From: a virus
Strand: one strand, 5' to 3'
Length of the DNA stretch: 64,000 nt
IMG/VR virus record: IMGVR_UViG_3300029825_000003
Location: 9,513-73,512 of that record
In this document: one piece after another, positions 47,838-57,294 of the stretch
How positions within the stretch are numbered: the stretch's first letter is position 1
Layout of the letters: the number at the start of each line of letters is the position of its first letter
Notes under the pieces: generated by a model
Told to the model about the DNA's origin: nothing
Seen by the model: only the letters and a program-made list of their open reading frames with translations
Databases searched by the model: none
Made by a program: the position numbers and the translations under genes

Positions 47838-48344
47838 TCATACAACTGTATAGAAAATATAATATTTCCCTACAAGTGCACTTGCAGCCTCTGTCAAAAT
47901 CTGACCTGTAATATAGTCAGTTGTCCCGTCCTTTTCATCGAGAACGCAACCTATAGCTAGCCCATTACTGCCTTTGTTAGTGATGTTATCAAAAATACCG
48001 GTCTGATTAATATCAAGACCGTCAATAAGTGTATCACTATGGGTTGTTGCCGATGCTCCGGGGCCAACATCAATTACTGATGTCGCCGTCCCTCCGGCGG
48101 TCTCGATTCTAAGCATTACCCTAGTTACTAATATTTTTGAGGATTCTGGATTTTGCCAAGCGAGCGCGAAAGCATTTGCCGCTCCTGCAGTAAGCGTTCC
48201 TTTTACTATTTTGAGCCCTGCTGCATCTGTAGCCACAAGACTATCAAGTTCTGTATCAATAAGAGCAAGTTCAGAAGTGATTTTCTTAGCGAGTGATCCT
48301 CCACGCGCTGCAAATCCGGTTGTTCCGGGTGCTACATATGTCAT
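47838..48344 (-). CDS. Head decoration / head-fibre base protein
   Basis: Directly downstream of MCP; Gly/Ala/Thr-rich. Confidence 0.6.
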   Translation of the reverse strand: MTYVAPGTTGFAARGGSLAKKITSELALIDTELDSLVATDAAGLKIVKGTLTAGAANAFALAWQNPESSKILVTRVMLRIETAGGTATSVIDVGPGASATTHSDTLIDGLDINQTGIFDNITNKGSNGLAIGCVLDEKDGTTDYITGQILTEAASALVGKYYIFYTVV

Positions 48345-48396
48345 ATAAAAATCTCCTTGATATTATGTACTCAGGAAGTCCAAAAAGAAAAGGGGA

Positions 48397-49356
48397 TTAT
48401 ACCCCGGTGTCTCTTGCGATTGCATATGGTTCAATTGTGACAGGAGCATTATCATACCATAGCTGGATGATAGTCTCATGAGTTTCGTTATCGAAATACT
48501 TGTTAAAGTTGAAACCATAAGACAGGCTCTTACTCACTTTCTGCCCGTTCTGAATGGTAGTATATGACTCATTCATCACAGAGTACCTGGGAGAACTGTT
48601 GTAGAAAATGGTCATACCTGGGTTATTCTTGTCAAGTGCGATGATTGAGCCCTCGGAGATTCCTGAAAGAAGTCTATGAACAGTGACCCCTGCAACTGGA
48701 ATATTAAGGAGATCCGCACGCCCAGATGGATTGCCGTAGAGGTTCTGCTGTTTCCATTCATTAATATCTATGCTGGTAAGATACTTCCTTAATTCCTTGT
48801 AATTAGTTTTGTGGATAAAAAGATCTGTAAGCCTGTATGGGTAGCCTTCCCGGATAAAACAGTCTTCAAGATCTTCGATGTCGGCAATTGGCGTGGCGTT
48901 TGCGTTATCCCATGTGTAAGTTGGACCCCATGAAGTAGAGAGATCAGTCCCATTTGCATTTATTTCTGCAGATATCCTGTCGTTGTAGTCCTCAGCAATC
49001 CAGTAACCCGTTTTCCTGAAAGCTCTCTGAATTTCGTCCACTCCTTCAACATAATCAAGAGCGTCCTGGTCTATCTTGATAGCGAAACCGCGTTTGTTAA
49101 GGTTAGCTGCTTTCTGGGTGAACTGTGAGATTTCCACATAGGTCCACTGACCAGATGTAGTCAGAAGTTTCGGTTTTTCTTTTTTGGCGTCGCCAGAATC
49201 GCTCGTGGATTCCTGTTTGTAGGCAACTACTGGAGCAGTGGACTTAACCTGCGGGAATATGTCAGTCCATGCAAGCAGTGGGTTCATAATTTCGTACATT
49301 TTTGGAATGATGAACCGCTTAGTAAGAAATTCTTCATTAGGTGCTGATACGCTCAT
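48397..49356 (-). CDS. Major capsid protein (HK97 fold)
   Basis: 319 aa after protease and cement; KRGFAIKIDQDAL, ATPIADIED, DLFIH. Confidence 0.85.
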   Translation of the reverse strand: MSVSAPNEEFLTKRFIIPKMYEIMNPLLAWTDIFPQVKSTAPVVAYKQESTSDSGDAKKEKPKLLTTSGQWTYVEISQFTQKAANLNKRGFAIKIDQDALDYVEGVDEIQRAFRKTGYWIAEDYNDRISAEINANGTDLSTSWGPTYTWDNANATPIADIEDLEDCFIREGYPYRLTDLFIHKTNYKELRKYLTSIDINEWKQQNLYGNPSGRADLLNIPVAGVTVHRLLSGISEGSIIALDKNNPGMTIFYNSSPRYSVMNESYTTIQNGQKVSKSLSYGFNFNKYFDNETHETIIQLWYDNAPVTIEPYAIARDTGV

Positions 49357-49368
49357 CTTGATACCTCC

Positions 49369-49968
49369 TTAAGTCGTCACCGTTCCAAACCCTTTGAAAG
49401 CAATCAGAAGCGAGTATTCACCAGACGCTGCCTTAGCTACTGCATGAAGTGGAATCATATCAGAAGATCCTTCACTTGCAACATCGACAACTACTAGACC
49501 GTGAGCGGCTGTACTTTCGCTTGCGTCGATGTCGAGTTTTCCAGTAGTGCCTGGAGTGATGGCGGCTGCATTTGCGCATTTTATGGTTGCCTTGAATATT
49601 GACATCGGGAACACTTCAACTGTCGCAATTCTATAGTATTTACCTGTGAGCATATCAGCCCAAGTTGTCTGATTTGCTGATGGTTGTCTCACCCATTTTG
49701 GTTCGTCGTGTATACGCCCTAGACAGAAGTCTTTACCATTTGAGAGGGCAGTAACTACTGGAAGCCCATCAGTCGCGTCGAAAGTGTTTCCTGTGTCATC
49801 GGAAAGTGCTACGAAATCGCCTTGGCAGATTTCAGTTGCTAGCGTGCATACTGTCTGTTTTCCAAAGGGTCCGTATGCTGAGGAATTGACAGTAATATTG
49901 CCTTCTTTGAGAATTACTGGGATCTGTTTTACCTGCCCGTAATCTCCGCTAATTGTAGAAGTTGCCAT
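49369..49968 (-). CDS. Capsid cement/decoration protein
   Basis: Between protease and MCP; GDFVAL...LG...TVEV pattern. Confidence 0.65.
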   Translation of the reverse strand: MATSTISGDYGQVKQIPVILKEGNITVNSSAYGPFGKQTVCTLATEICQGDFVALSDDTGNTFDATDGLPVVTALSNGKDFCLGRIHDEPKWVRQPSANQTTWADMLTGKYYRIATVEVFPMSIFKATIKCANAAAITPGTTGKLDIDASESTAAHGLVVVDVASEGSSDMIPLHAVAKAASGEYSLLIAFKGFGTVTT

Positions 49969-49970
49969 GT

Positions 49971-50990
49971 TCAATCCCTCCCGAGCATCGCGTTCCATCT
50001 GGAGTTCATGGACTCGTATGATTCACCATTATCGGTATTCTGTGATTGTGAACTGCCTACACCCTTCGAGGCAGAAACTTTCATGATTGCAGTAATACTC
50101 TTAATTTGCTCAATAGTCGGATTCGTAGAAAGATAGGATTCGACAGCATCCTTACTCATTACTGAGTTAAGTTCTGTGACTGCTCCTTCTCTTTCTGCTT
50201 TACTCTTGAGATCAGCTTCCCAGGTTGCTCTTGCTTGAGAAACGGCAATTTCAACCCTCTTAGACTCGCCTGATTCAAGTTCTGTGTATTTTGTTTTCCA
50301 GGACGCAAGTTCATCACCTAGATTCTTGTTATCTGTTTCAAGAGTCTTTAACTGACTCCTGATCTCATCCTTTTCAGAGACGACTTTTTCATACGTCTCC
50401 ATACTTATGACGGCCCCGCCGCCTCCGTTGTTGTTTGTCATGATATTATCCTCATTAGTAGGATATTTTGATTGTAAAATGGCAGCCAATTCAGGACGAA
50501 TCCCTACGCCCATTTCAGGCGAAGCTGCCGGATTATAAGGAGATGTAACAACAGTTACGCCTGTGCCGTAGCCCTTGATAACATCGTAAGAATTTTTGCG
50601 GAATTCAATCGGGATACATTCTTGAGAAAGTCCCATGTAGTCGTCTGAATAAATGAGAGCAGATAACCACTCAGGAATTCCAGAAAAAGAGCAAATCACT
50701 AATTTCTTTTTAGCATCATATTCAATATCATGGATAGTAGCCCGTACCCAATCGTGGTTATTTTCATGATTGATAGAGACAAGCCCGCCTTCCCATGTTT
50801 TGTAATCGCGGGAAAGAAATTCTTCTGTAAGAGTGGCTTCGTCTCCCCACAATGAATAGGCATGTTGACCAGCGCAGGCTATAGCCATGCGGAGGTCGCC
50901 ATTGTCTAATTTTTCAGGAGTGAAAGAACGCAGAGGTTCTGTAATATAATGAGAAGGAGGAGGGTTAGACCCCTCAGTAAGTGACGCCAT
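49971..50990 (-). CDS. Prohead protease fused to scaffold
   Basis: VSINH and GLSQE catalytic-like motifs; C-terminal coiled coil. Confidence 0.8.
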   Translation of the reverse strand: MASLTEGSNPPPSHYITEPLRSFTPEKLDNGDLRMAIACAGQHAYSLWGDEATLTEEFLSRDYKTWEGGLVSINHENNHDWVRATIHDIEYDAKKKLVICSFSGIPEWLSALIYSDDYMGLSQECIPIEFRKNSYDVIKGYGTGVTVVTSPYNPAASPEMGVGIRPELAAILQSKYPTNEDNIMTNNNGGGGAVISMETYEKVVSEKDEIRSQLKTLETDNKNLGDELASWKTKYTELESGESKRVEIAVSQARATWEADLKSKAEREGAVTELNSVMSKDAVESYLSTNPTIEQIKSITAIMKVSASKGVGSSQSQNTDNGESYESMNSRWNAMLGRD

Positions 50991-51161
50991 GATTGAAAAG
51001 AAGTTAAAAAGATATAATAAGGAAAATTAAAAAATAGATAAAAATTAAATTTAGTGAGTAGTAAAGAATTACTTGACAACTTGATTATTATTCACGCCTT
51101 TTTTAAAATTCGTTTATCGCGTAAAAAAAGAAAGTTAATGTAATTGCTCAGACCACTTGGA

Positions 51162-51503
51162 TTAAAACGAATCTGTGACCAAATGAGAAGCCACTGGAAC
51201 TACTCCACCAAGAACCCAACTTCCAAAGAAATAATACTCCACTCCAAAGAGGATAATCCAAAAGAAAGGGTTATGCAGGGTTTTCCTATGACCAAAAATC
51301 TTGTCGATTATCCATCCAAATATCCCTAGTCTCTTTGTAGCCCTAGAATGCGTATCACTGTCGGGGGTAAAATAATACGAATTCCAGATCCACTTTGCAA
51401 TGAATAGGAGAGCAAATAGTATATCCACATGATGATAGCCTAAAAAGAAGATTGCCGGGAAGAGGGCATATTTGTTAATGGCTTCGTGATTTTTGCCGTT
51501 CAT
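51162..51503 (-). CDS. Membrane metal-binding hydrolase-like protein (DUF2227/YdjM type)
   Basis: TPDSD, GHRKTLH, ASHLVTD; hydrophobic helices. Confidence 0.75.
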   Translation of the reverse strand: MNGKNHEAINKYALFPAIFFLGYHHVDILFALLFIAKWIWNSYYFTPDSDTHSRATKRLGIFGWIIDKIFGHRKTLHNPFFWIILFGVEYYFFGSWVLGGVVPVASHLVTDSF

Positions 51504-51859
51504 TCTTCCTCTGGAATAAACGGAGCAACCGCATAAAATGAATCATCGACTTCCGCAAGTAAGAAACCATCCCAACAAACAAAAAAGAATCTGGCTTCTC
51601 CCTGTTCTTTTATATAGTCAATCAGATGCTTCTGATAATGTGCATCAATGCGGCATTTATTGACCATATGGATTCCTTGATATTCGTCTCCTTTGTAATG
51701 TAGGATTTCTTCTTTTGAGTCTACAACTTCATGGATATGTTTATCTAAACGTTGAAATTGAGCTAAAACGTTTTTAGGGAATTTCCAGAAGTTATCTGAT
51801 TTCATTATGATGTCGTTTTCGTCTTTGAATAAACCGTCTCTGATTTCTTTTAGTTCCAT
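51500..51859 (-). CDS. Hypothetical protein (possible clamp-like domain fragment)
   Basis: ORF track; ends YAVAPF. Confidence 0.5.
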   Translation of the reverse strand: MELKEIRDGLFKDENDIIMKSDNFWKFPKNVLAQFQRLDKHIHEVVDSKEEILHYKGDEYQGIHMVNKCRIDAHYQKHLIDYIKEQGEARFFFVCWDGFLLAEVDDSFYAVAPFIPEEE

Positions 51860-51885
51860 AGTTACTCCCTAATTTATTATCTCCT

Positions 51886-52272
51886 TTATTCCTCACAACA
51901 CATACAAATCGGTTTTCCATATACATCTTTTGAATATTCTATCTGAATATCAGGAGTTACAGGCTTTCCACATTTAGAACAGCAGGTGGGTTTCGAGAGA
52001 CACCATGTAAAAATACCTATGATAGAATCCTTGTTCACAAAATCGCTGAAATCCAGAATTTCCCTGTAGAATACCTCTCCTGAGTCTGATTCTTTAATCC
52101 CAATGAATGTCGGAAATGGATAATTTGTTTCAAATAATCGTTCTATTTGAGAATATTCTTTTTCAGTTAAGATCCTCACGGTATTGTTTTTGATTCCACT
52201 TTTCTCTTTTAGAAAGAAAGTAGGAATTGATTTGAATGTTATTATATTATTTTCGATTTCCAATTGTTTCAC
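51886..52272 (-). CDS. ASCH/PUA-like domain with C-terminal zinc finger
   Basis: FKSIPTFFLKEKSGIKNNTVR; CSKCG...YSKDVYGKPICMC. Confidence 0.6.
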   Translation of the reverse strand: MKQLEIENNIITFKSIPTFFLKEKSGIKNNTVRILTEKEYSQIERLFETNYPFPTFIGIKESDSGEVFYREILDFSDFVNKDSIIGIFTWCLSKPTCCSKCGKPVTPDIQIEYSKDVYGKPICMCCEE

Positions 52273-52388
52273 CCCATAACATTTATATATTTTTAACTCC
52301 TTTTATAAGTCACCTTTCCATTCTGTTTTTTTGCGGTGACTTTCTGGCAACTCTTTTCTCACACAAGAGGGTTGCCGTTTTTGGGAAA

Positions 52389-52514
52389 TTACTTATCCTG
52401 CTCCTTCGGACAATTCTTTTCTCTGCAAGCTTTCCACTTATTCTTTTTGTGGATGCACTGGCCGATCAATGCGTTAAAATGTTTGCAGGTGGAATTGTAA
52501 GCTTCATCTGTCAT
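52389..52514 (-). CDS. Small Cys-rich protein (41 aa)
   Basis: Read by hand: CKHF...GQC...C...CP. Confidence 0.6.
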   Translation of the reverse strand: MTDEAYNSTCKHFNALIGQCIHKKNKWKACREKNCPKEQDK

Positions 52515-52524
52515 TTATACCACC

Positions 52525-53034
52525 TTACAGTTCACAAGAATATCCATCATAGCTATCATAGTCACCGTTATATCCTATAAATTTAAAATCATCATCAGGA
52601 AGGGATTTCAATTCCTTTAACAGTTCCCCATATATCATATCTGCGATTTCTTCACATTTCTCTGATATCTCAGTAGTCTCAAAATTCCCATCTTGATTCC
52701 TTAAATACTGCATTATTTCTACACGTTTTTTAAAATCTCCCTGTTCAGGATGGAGTTTATCAACGTCTTCTGCAACATCAATCGCATATTCTTCTTCATC
52801 ATTCCAAGTGTCTAATATGAAACACTTGTTACATTGATATCCACATTCAATTGCCTCGATTATACTATATAAATGCCCGAAACAATGGCACCCTAGATGT
52901 TTACCACAATCTTTGCAATCAAACTTATGTCTGAACACATTCTCTATTGTATCCCAGTATATTTTTTCATCTGAGATGTCTATTTTTTCGTTGTCTTCAT
53001 TGTAGTAAAATTCTAGTTTCTTAAGCATGTTCAA
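52525..53034 (-). CDS. Acidic zinc-finger protein
   Basis: CKDC...C; CNKC. Confidence 0.7.
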   Translation of the reverse strand: MNMLKKLEFYYNEDNEKIDISDEKIYWDTIENVFRHKFDCKDCGKHLGCHCFGHLYSIIEAIECGYQCNKCFILDTWNDEEEYAIDVAEDVDKLHPEQGDFKKRVEIMQYLRNQDGNFETTEISEKCEEIADMIYGELLKELKSLPDDDFKFIGYNGDYDSYDGYSCEL

Positions 53035-53210
53035 ATCTCCTTCTGGAATTTAAATTTCTGACCACAAGACCAACAACTTCCATAATGCCCATCCATCTCA
53101 CTTAATAAATGTTGACTGTATTCGCTTGTCGCATTGCATGTTGGGCATATTACATATTTTGAGGTAAGATTTATTATCACGAAAGTGTCTGTAAGGAAAC
53201 TATCTGACAT
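53031..53210 (-). CDS. Small zinc-ribbon protein
   Basis: CPTC...CWSCG; start refined to MSDSF. Confidence 0.65.
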   Translation of the reverse strand: MSDSFLTDTFVIINLTSKYVICPTCNATSEYSQHLLSEMDGHYGSCWSCGQKFKFQKEI

Positions 53211-53360
53211 TGTTTTATTCCCCCCATTTAATCCCATTCCGCGACTGCGAGAGAAACGATCCCTGCACCCATGCAGACATAATTCCAAGCAAGTAATCCG
53301 TAGATTAAAGATACAATGCTTGCAGAGTAGAATATGAGTTTAGTTTTTGGTTTCATTGGT

Positions 53361-53519
53361 TTAGTCCTCCTTCAACGTTCCATAATATTTAGCAAGCTTC
53401 CCACCGTGGAAACATATTGATTCTTCGTCATTTCCTATTGCAATTTCACAATCTTTACATTCAATTTTATCACATGCTTTTCTGGATAATGGAATTATGG
53501 TGACTCTTACGTCTGACAT
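53361..53519 (-). CDS. Small Cys-rich protein
   Basis: Start refined to MSDVR. Confidence 0.6.
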   Translation of the reverse strand: MSDVRVTIIPLSRKACDKIECKDCEIAIGNDEESICFHGGKLAKYYGTLKED

Positions 53520-53527
53520 TGTTTTAT

Positions 53528-53725
53528 TCACTCCATGCTCTTTATTTTCTCCTGAATACATTCATCAAGAGAATGATATCCATAAACCCTAGCGCTCTCT
53601 TCGTTGTAAATTATTACATTCTGCAATTCACCATCTTTTATTATATCGAGAGTAGCATGGTCTTTGTAGACAACGAGAGTTTTTAGTGTGTTTCCTTCTT
53701 GTTTTGTATATGTTTGAGAGTTCAT
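53528..53725 (-). CDS. Small hypothetical protein
   Basis: ORF track. Confidence 0.6.
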   Translation of the reverse strand: MNSQTYTKQEGNTLKTLVVYKDHATLDIIKDGELQNVIIYNEESARVYGYHSLDECIQEKIKSME

Positions 53726-53739
53726 GGTTTAGTTCTCAA

Positions 53740-54066
53740 TTAACACAAATCCAACCAACTATCATCAACTTTCTCAATGTTACTAGGAGGTGTCTTGTAG
53801 ATCTCTCCGTCAGGTAGTTCAATTTCTACAGCCGGAACACATTCTCCATTGTAGTGAAATTCAGAGAATCCTTTTATTATTCCCTGCTGAACGGGTAAAG
53901 TGATATACCAAGGATAGTTAGTCCTTACGAGATCACCTGTTTTAAAGAGAATATTTCCATATTGGAGTTCACCTTTATTCTTAGGAGGCTCTATCACAAG
54001 TAGCCGCCCTCCGTGTTTTTTTACAATTTCTTCATAGTTTGTATCATCGTCACGCATTATTATCAT
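53740..54066 (-). CDS. KOW/SH3-like protein
   Basis: FKTGDLVR...GIIKGF...VEIEL. Confidence 0.6.
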   Translation of the reverse strand: MIIMRDDDTNYEEIVKKHGGRLLVIEPPKNKGELQYGNILFKTGDLVRTNYPWYITLPVQQGIIKGFSEFHYNGECVPAVEIELPDGEIYKTPPSNIEKVDDSWLDLC

Positions 54067-54069
54067 GGT

Positions 54070-54264
54070 TTAGTCCTCCTTCACATACAGTTTCTTACAG
54101 TTTTCTTTCTTACAGTTCTCATCGTCAAATTTGTATGAGCATATATCGCATAGATACACTGCCTTAAAATCTGTGCATCCTATGATCTTGAATGTTGCAA
54201 GCGCTCCTTTTTTTGTGAGGATATCTATCCCCTTTTGGATCATCTTTTCATCTATTGTTGACAT
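54070..54264 (-). CDS. Small Cys-rich protein
   Basis: ORF track; CDIC...C...C. Confidence 0.6.
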   Translation of the reverse strand: MSTIDEKMIQKGIDILTKKGALATFKIIGCTDFKAVYLCDICSYKFDDENCKKENCKKLYVKED

Positions 54265-54279
54265 GTTTTATTTCTCCTG

Positions 54280-54531
54280 TTAATCTCGCTTAATTCCAAT
54301 ATAATTCTCCAATGTTTTCCTGAATTCTGAAATCTCTTTTATAAGCATACTCTTCTCGCATTCCAACTTTTCTATTTTAACATACAGCTTCTCATTTTCA
54401 GAATAGAGTTTATCATTTTCTGCGAGGATGAGTCTTATAATAACATCATCCGCAGGGTTGCCAAATTGTTCTCCTCTTCTTCTGAGGTCTTCCACTGTGT
54501 ATTCATTTATCCTAATCTGTTTTAGTGGCAT
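54280..54531 (-). CDS. Small RHH-like regulator, paralog of 21839..22021
   Basis: See 21839..22021; leaderless, TATA 23 nt upstream. Confidence 0.7.
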   Translation of the reverse strand: MPLKQIRINEYTVEDLRRRGEQFGNPADDVIIRLILAENDKLYSENEKLYVKIEKLECEKSMLIKEISEFRKTLENYIGIKRD

Positions 54532-54553
54532 AGATACCTATACGCATTAATCA

Positions 54554-54635
54554 TATTTAAAGGTTGTTACTATTGGTAACTAATACGTTACTATTAGTAA
54601 CATTTAAGTACTTTGAAACGTATTACTATTCACTG
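54554..54635. promoter_or_regulatory. Back-to-back promoters with tandem palindromic operators
   Basis: GTTACTATTGGTAAC 54566-54580 and GTTACTATTAGTAAC 54587-54601 flanked by TATA boxes. Confidence 0.75.
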
Positions 54636-54665
54636 AAAAGCGCGGGAAAGATGCGCTGAGAAAAG

Positions 54666-56927
54666 ATGGAGACAAAAGACATGAATAAAACATGTAATGG
54701 ATGTAAAGCCCTACACACAGAAGGGCATGAAAGATGTGAAATTGGATATAAAATAGAACATGTGCTCAAATCAAGAGGCGTGTATAATTATTATGAAAGT
54801 TATGCAGTTCCATTGGAGAAATGTCCTAAACCTACGAAGTATAGTGAACTGATAGCGATTCAACTTGGGAATAAGGAGGAATAAATTATGGTTACATTAC
54901 GAGAAGCAAGAGCCGCAATAAAATCAATAGAAGGGGCAAAGCTCATACAAGACCGCAACCGAATCTACATCATTGTCCCAGATAAGAAGCTTGAAGAAAT
55001 GCTAGAAGGTGAAGGAGATAGCTGGATGATTGATGTTACAGGGATGCCTTCAAAGAATGCTGTAATTGAAGAGATTGAATTTTGCAGGAGGTAAATAAAT
55101 CATGAACAAAGCAGAACTTAAAGCAAGCCTGGAAAAGCTCTTGGAACAGCTTGAAACTGAAGAAGAGACCGCGATAAATTATTTCTTAGGAAAGTTTAAC
55201 GCTCCTGTAGAAGATTGGAAGCGTGAACAGAATTTAGAATATGAAAGAACTATGAAGCCTCTTTGGGATGCAGGAGAGAATCTTGCGAGTGCAATTCATT
55301 CATTGGAGGAATAAAAACAATGCCAAAACACTATAAAGTTATGAAAATGATTGTTTGTGATATAACAGGACAGCAATGCGGTGACACTATAAGTATTAAA
55401 GACACGTTTAATCAATGCTGTGATTATTGTAGAGATCTTTTAGAGTTCAAAAAATCAGGCATGTCACTTGAAGAATGGAAAGAGAAAGTTGAAAGAGAAG
55501 ATCTAAGGGAGAAGATGAGAAAATGATACAGGAAACAAACGAATACCAAGAACTCTTTGAGAAATGGAATAAACTAGCCAATAAAATAACTTATCTTGAG
55601 CCTACTGCTGAAAACTTCAAAGAACTAGCTGGGCTTTCTAAGGAATTGGCTGAAATGATAGAAGACAAAGAACAGAGTTTTAGGAACTGTGCGAAATACA
55701 GGAATGCTCAGTGTGATCCTAGACATGGAGATGATTGTTTAGAGTGTCCTGTGTTTGAGATGGTGATTTAAAATGTGCAATGGAGACTGTGCTACATGCA
55801 AGAATTCTCAAGAATGTGATGATTCTGATGGATATCAAAGACAAAGTGAAATTGAGCAATCAAAGGCGATTGCTGATTATTATGAACACCGCGAGGAATA
55901 AAAGATGACTGAAAAAACCTTAGAAGAAATTAAAGCATGGGCTAAAGAACGTGAACAAAAATACTTACAGGACTATCTAGTTGCCCCCCACTATCTAAGT
56001 TCCCATAATGGAATTCACATGAGTTCAAATGGAGAAGAGAAGGGACGATACCAGGTCGCAGTTGATTTATGTATTTTTTTAGGACTTCAGGATGAGATAT
56101 AAAATGGCATGGATACAAAAAATCTGGACTGAAACGGAATTGAAAAGATTATGCAGGAGAAATAAATGATTATCTCAAAATCTACAAAGAGACATCTAAA
56201 ATATTTGTATTATAAAGGCGTGCGACTTGGATATAGAGGATTGAGAAAATGAATAATCGAGCTTCAAACATCGAAAAAACTGTAGAATCGGCATATAATA
56301 ACTACATTGAAACGAGAAAAGTATCATATGTTTTTGATCCTGTGACCGGACAAATATCTTCAAATATAAGCAAATTTTGTATTATTGGATCTCATTTGTG
56401 TATTACTGCGTTGTGTGTTCCCATCTTTGAAGGAGGTATATACAAAGGATATTTCTTTGGAGAGAAGGTTAGACTTGTAAATGAGGGAGTTACGCGAGAA
56501 GAAGATATTAATGAGTATTTATTTAGGAAGTTGAGAAAATGAATAATCCATTCTCCAAAATAGCATCCCTCTTTTTGGTTGGCTTAATTGTAGGGAGCTT
56601 GACTGTTTTATGGGTTGTAAGGAAAGTGATAAAATGAAAGTAGGCAGATTTCAATTTCATAATAATAAATAGGGATTAATTAATAACAAATTCAACCGAT
56701 TACATTTTTGGAGATGTATTATGAAACTCCCCCTCTCTCAAATCCGCGACCTCGAAGAAGCCCCCGATCCAGAAGAAGACGATTCCCAAGAGGAAGCCTA
56801 TCACCAAGAAATGATGAGAACCGAGCATTCCCCTAATGATTATGTTTCTTTTTTGCGCCAAGCCGAGAAATCCTTGAAATCCGCTCAGTCTCTTTCATGG
56901 GCCGAAGTGTTGAGAAAGTGGGGGTAA
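54666..56927 (+). other. Run of about 12 translationally coupled small genes (54666, 54888, 55102, 55320, 55523, 55773, 55905, 56249, 56721 and shorter ones)
   Basis: ORF track plus short ORFs read by hand; recurring GAGGAATAA-N-ATG junctions; several Cys-rich. Confidence 0.7.
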
Positions 56928-57071
56928 TTTAAGATATTTTAGTTTAATGATCTTTCTTCTTAGTACTTTGATATTGACATCAAAAGCAAAGTGTTATATA
57001 GAAAGAGTGTGTATAGTATATTGTCGAAGGGCGGGATGCCCTGAGATAAAAGATAGGATTGGTGAACAAAA

Positions 57072-57294
57072 TATGAGAAAATATCTTGAAAAAGATGAAA
57101 ATGGTAGATTTATGAAAGTATTTGAACACATATGTGAATCTTGTGGAATTTTTTTCCAAATTAAGATTCCAAATGATGTTCTATCGGAGGAAGATCTAGA
57201 TAGAGTCCTTGAATTTGACTCTGCGTGGAGATCCCATGAAAATGGGAACCATGAATATAGAGAGTACTCCCAACTAATTACGGTGGTGAGATGA
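57072..57294 (+). CDS. Small zinc-finger protein
   Basis: HICESC...H...H; start refined to MRKY. Confidence 0.6.

Noticed and set aside
56634-56927. Pyrrolysine readthrough of an in-frame TAG (56670-56672) fusing a 12-codon ORF to 56721..56927
   Set aside because: The downstream gene has its own GGAG SD and ATG. This is a single instance with no supporting pattern, and most genes here end in TAA/TGA.
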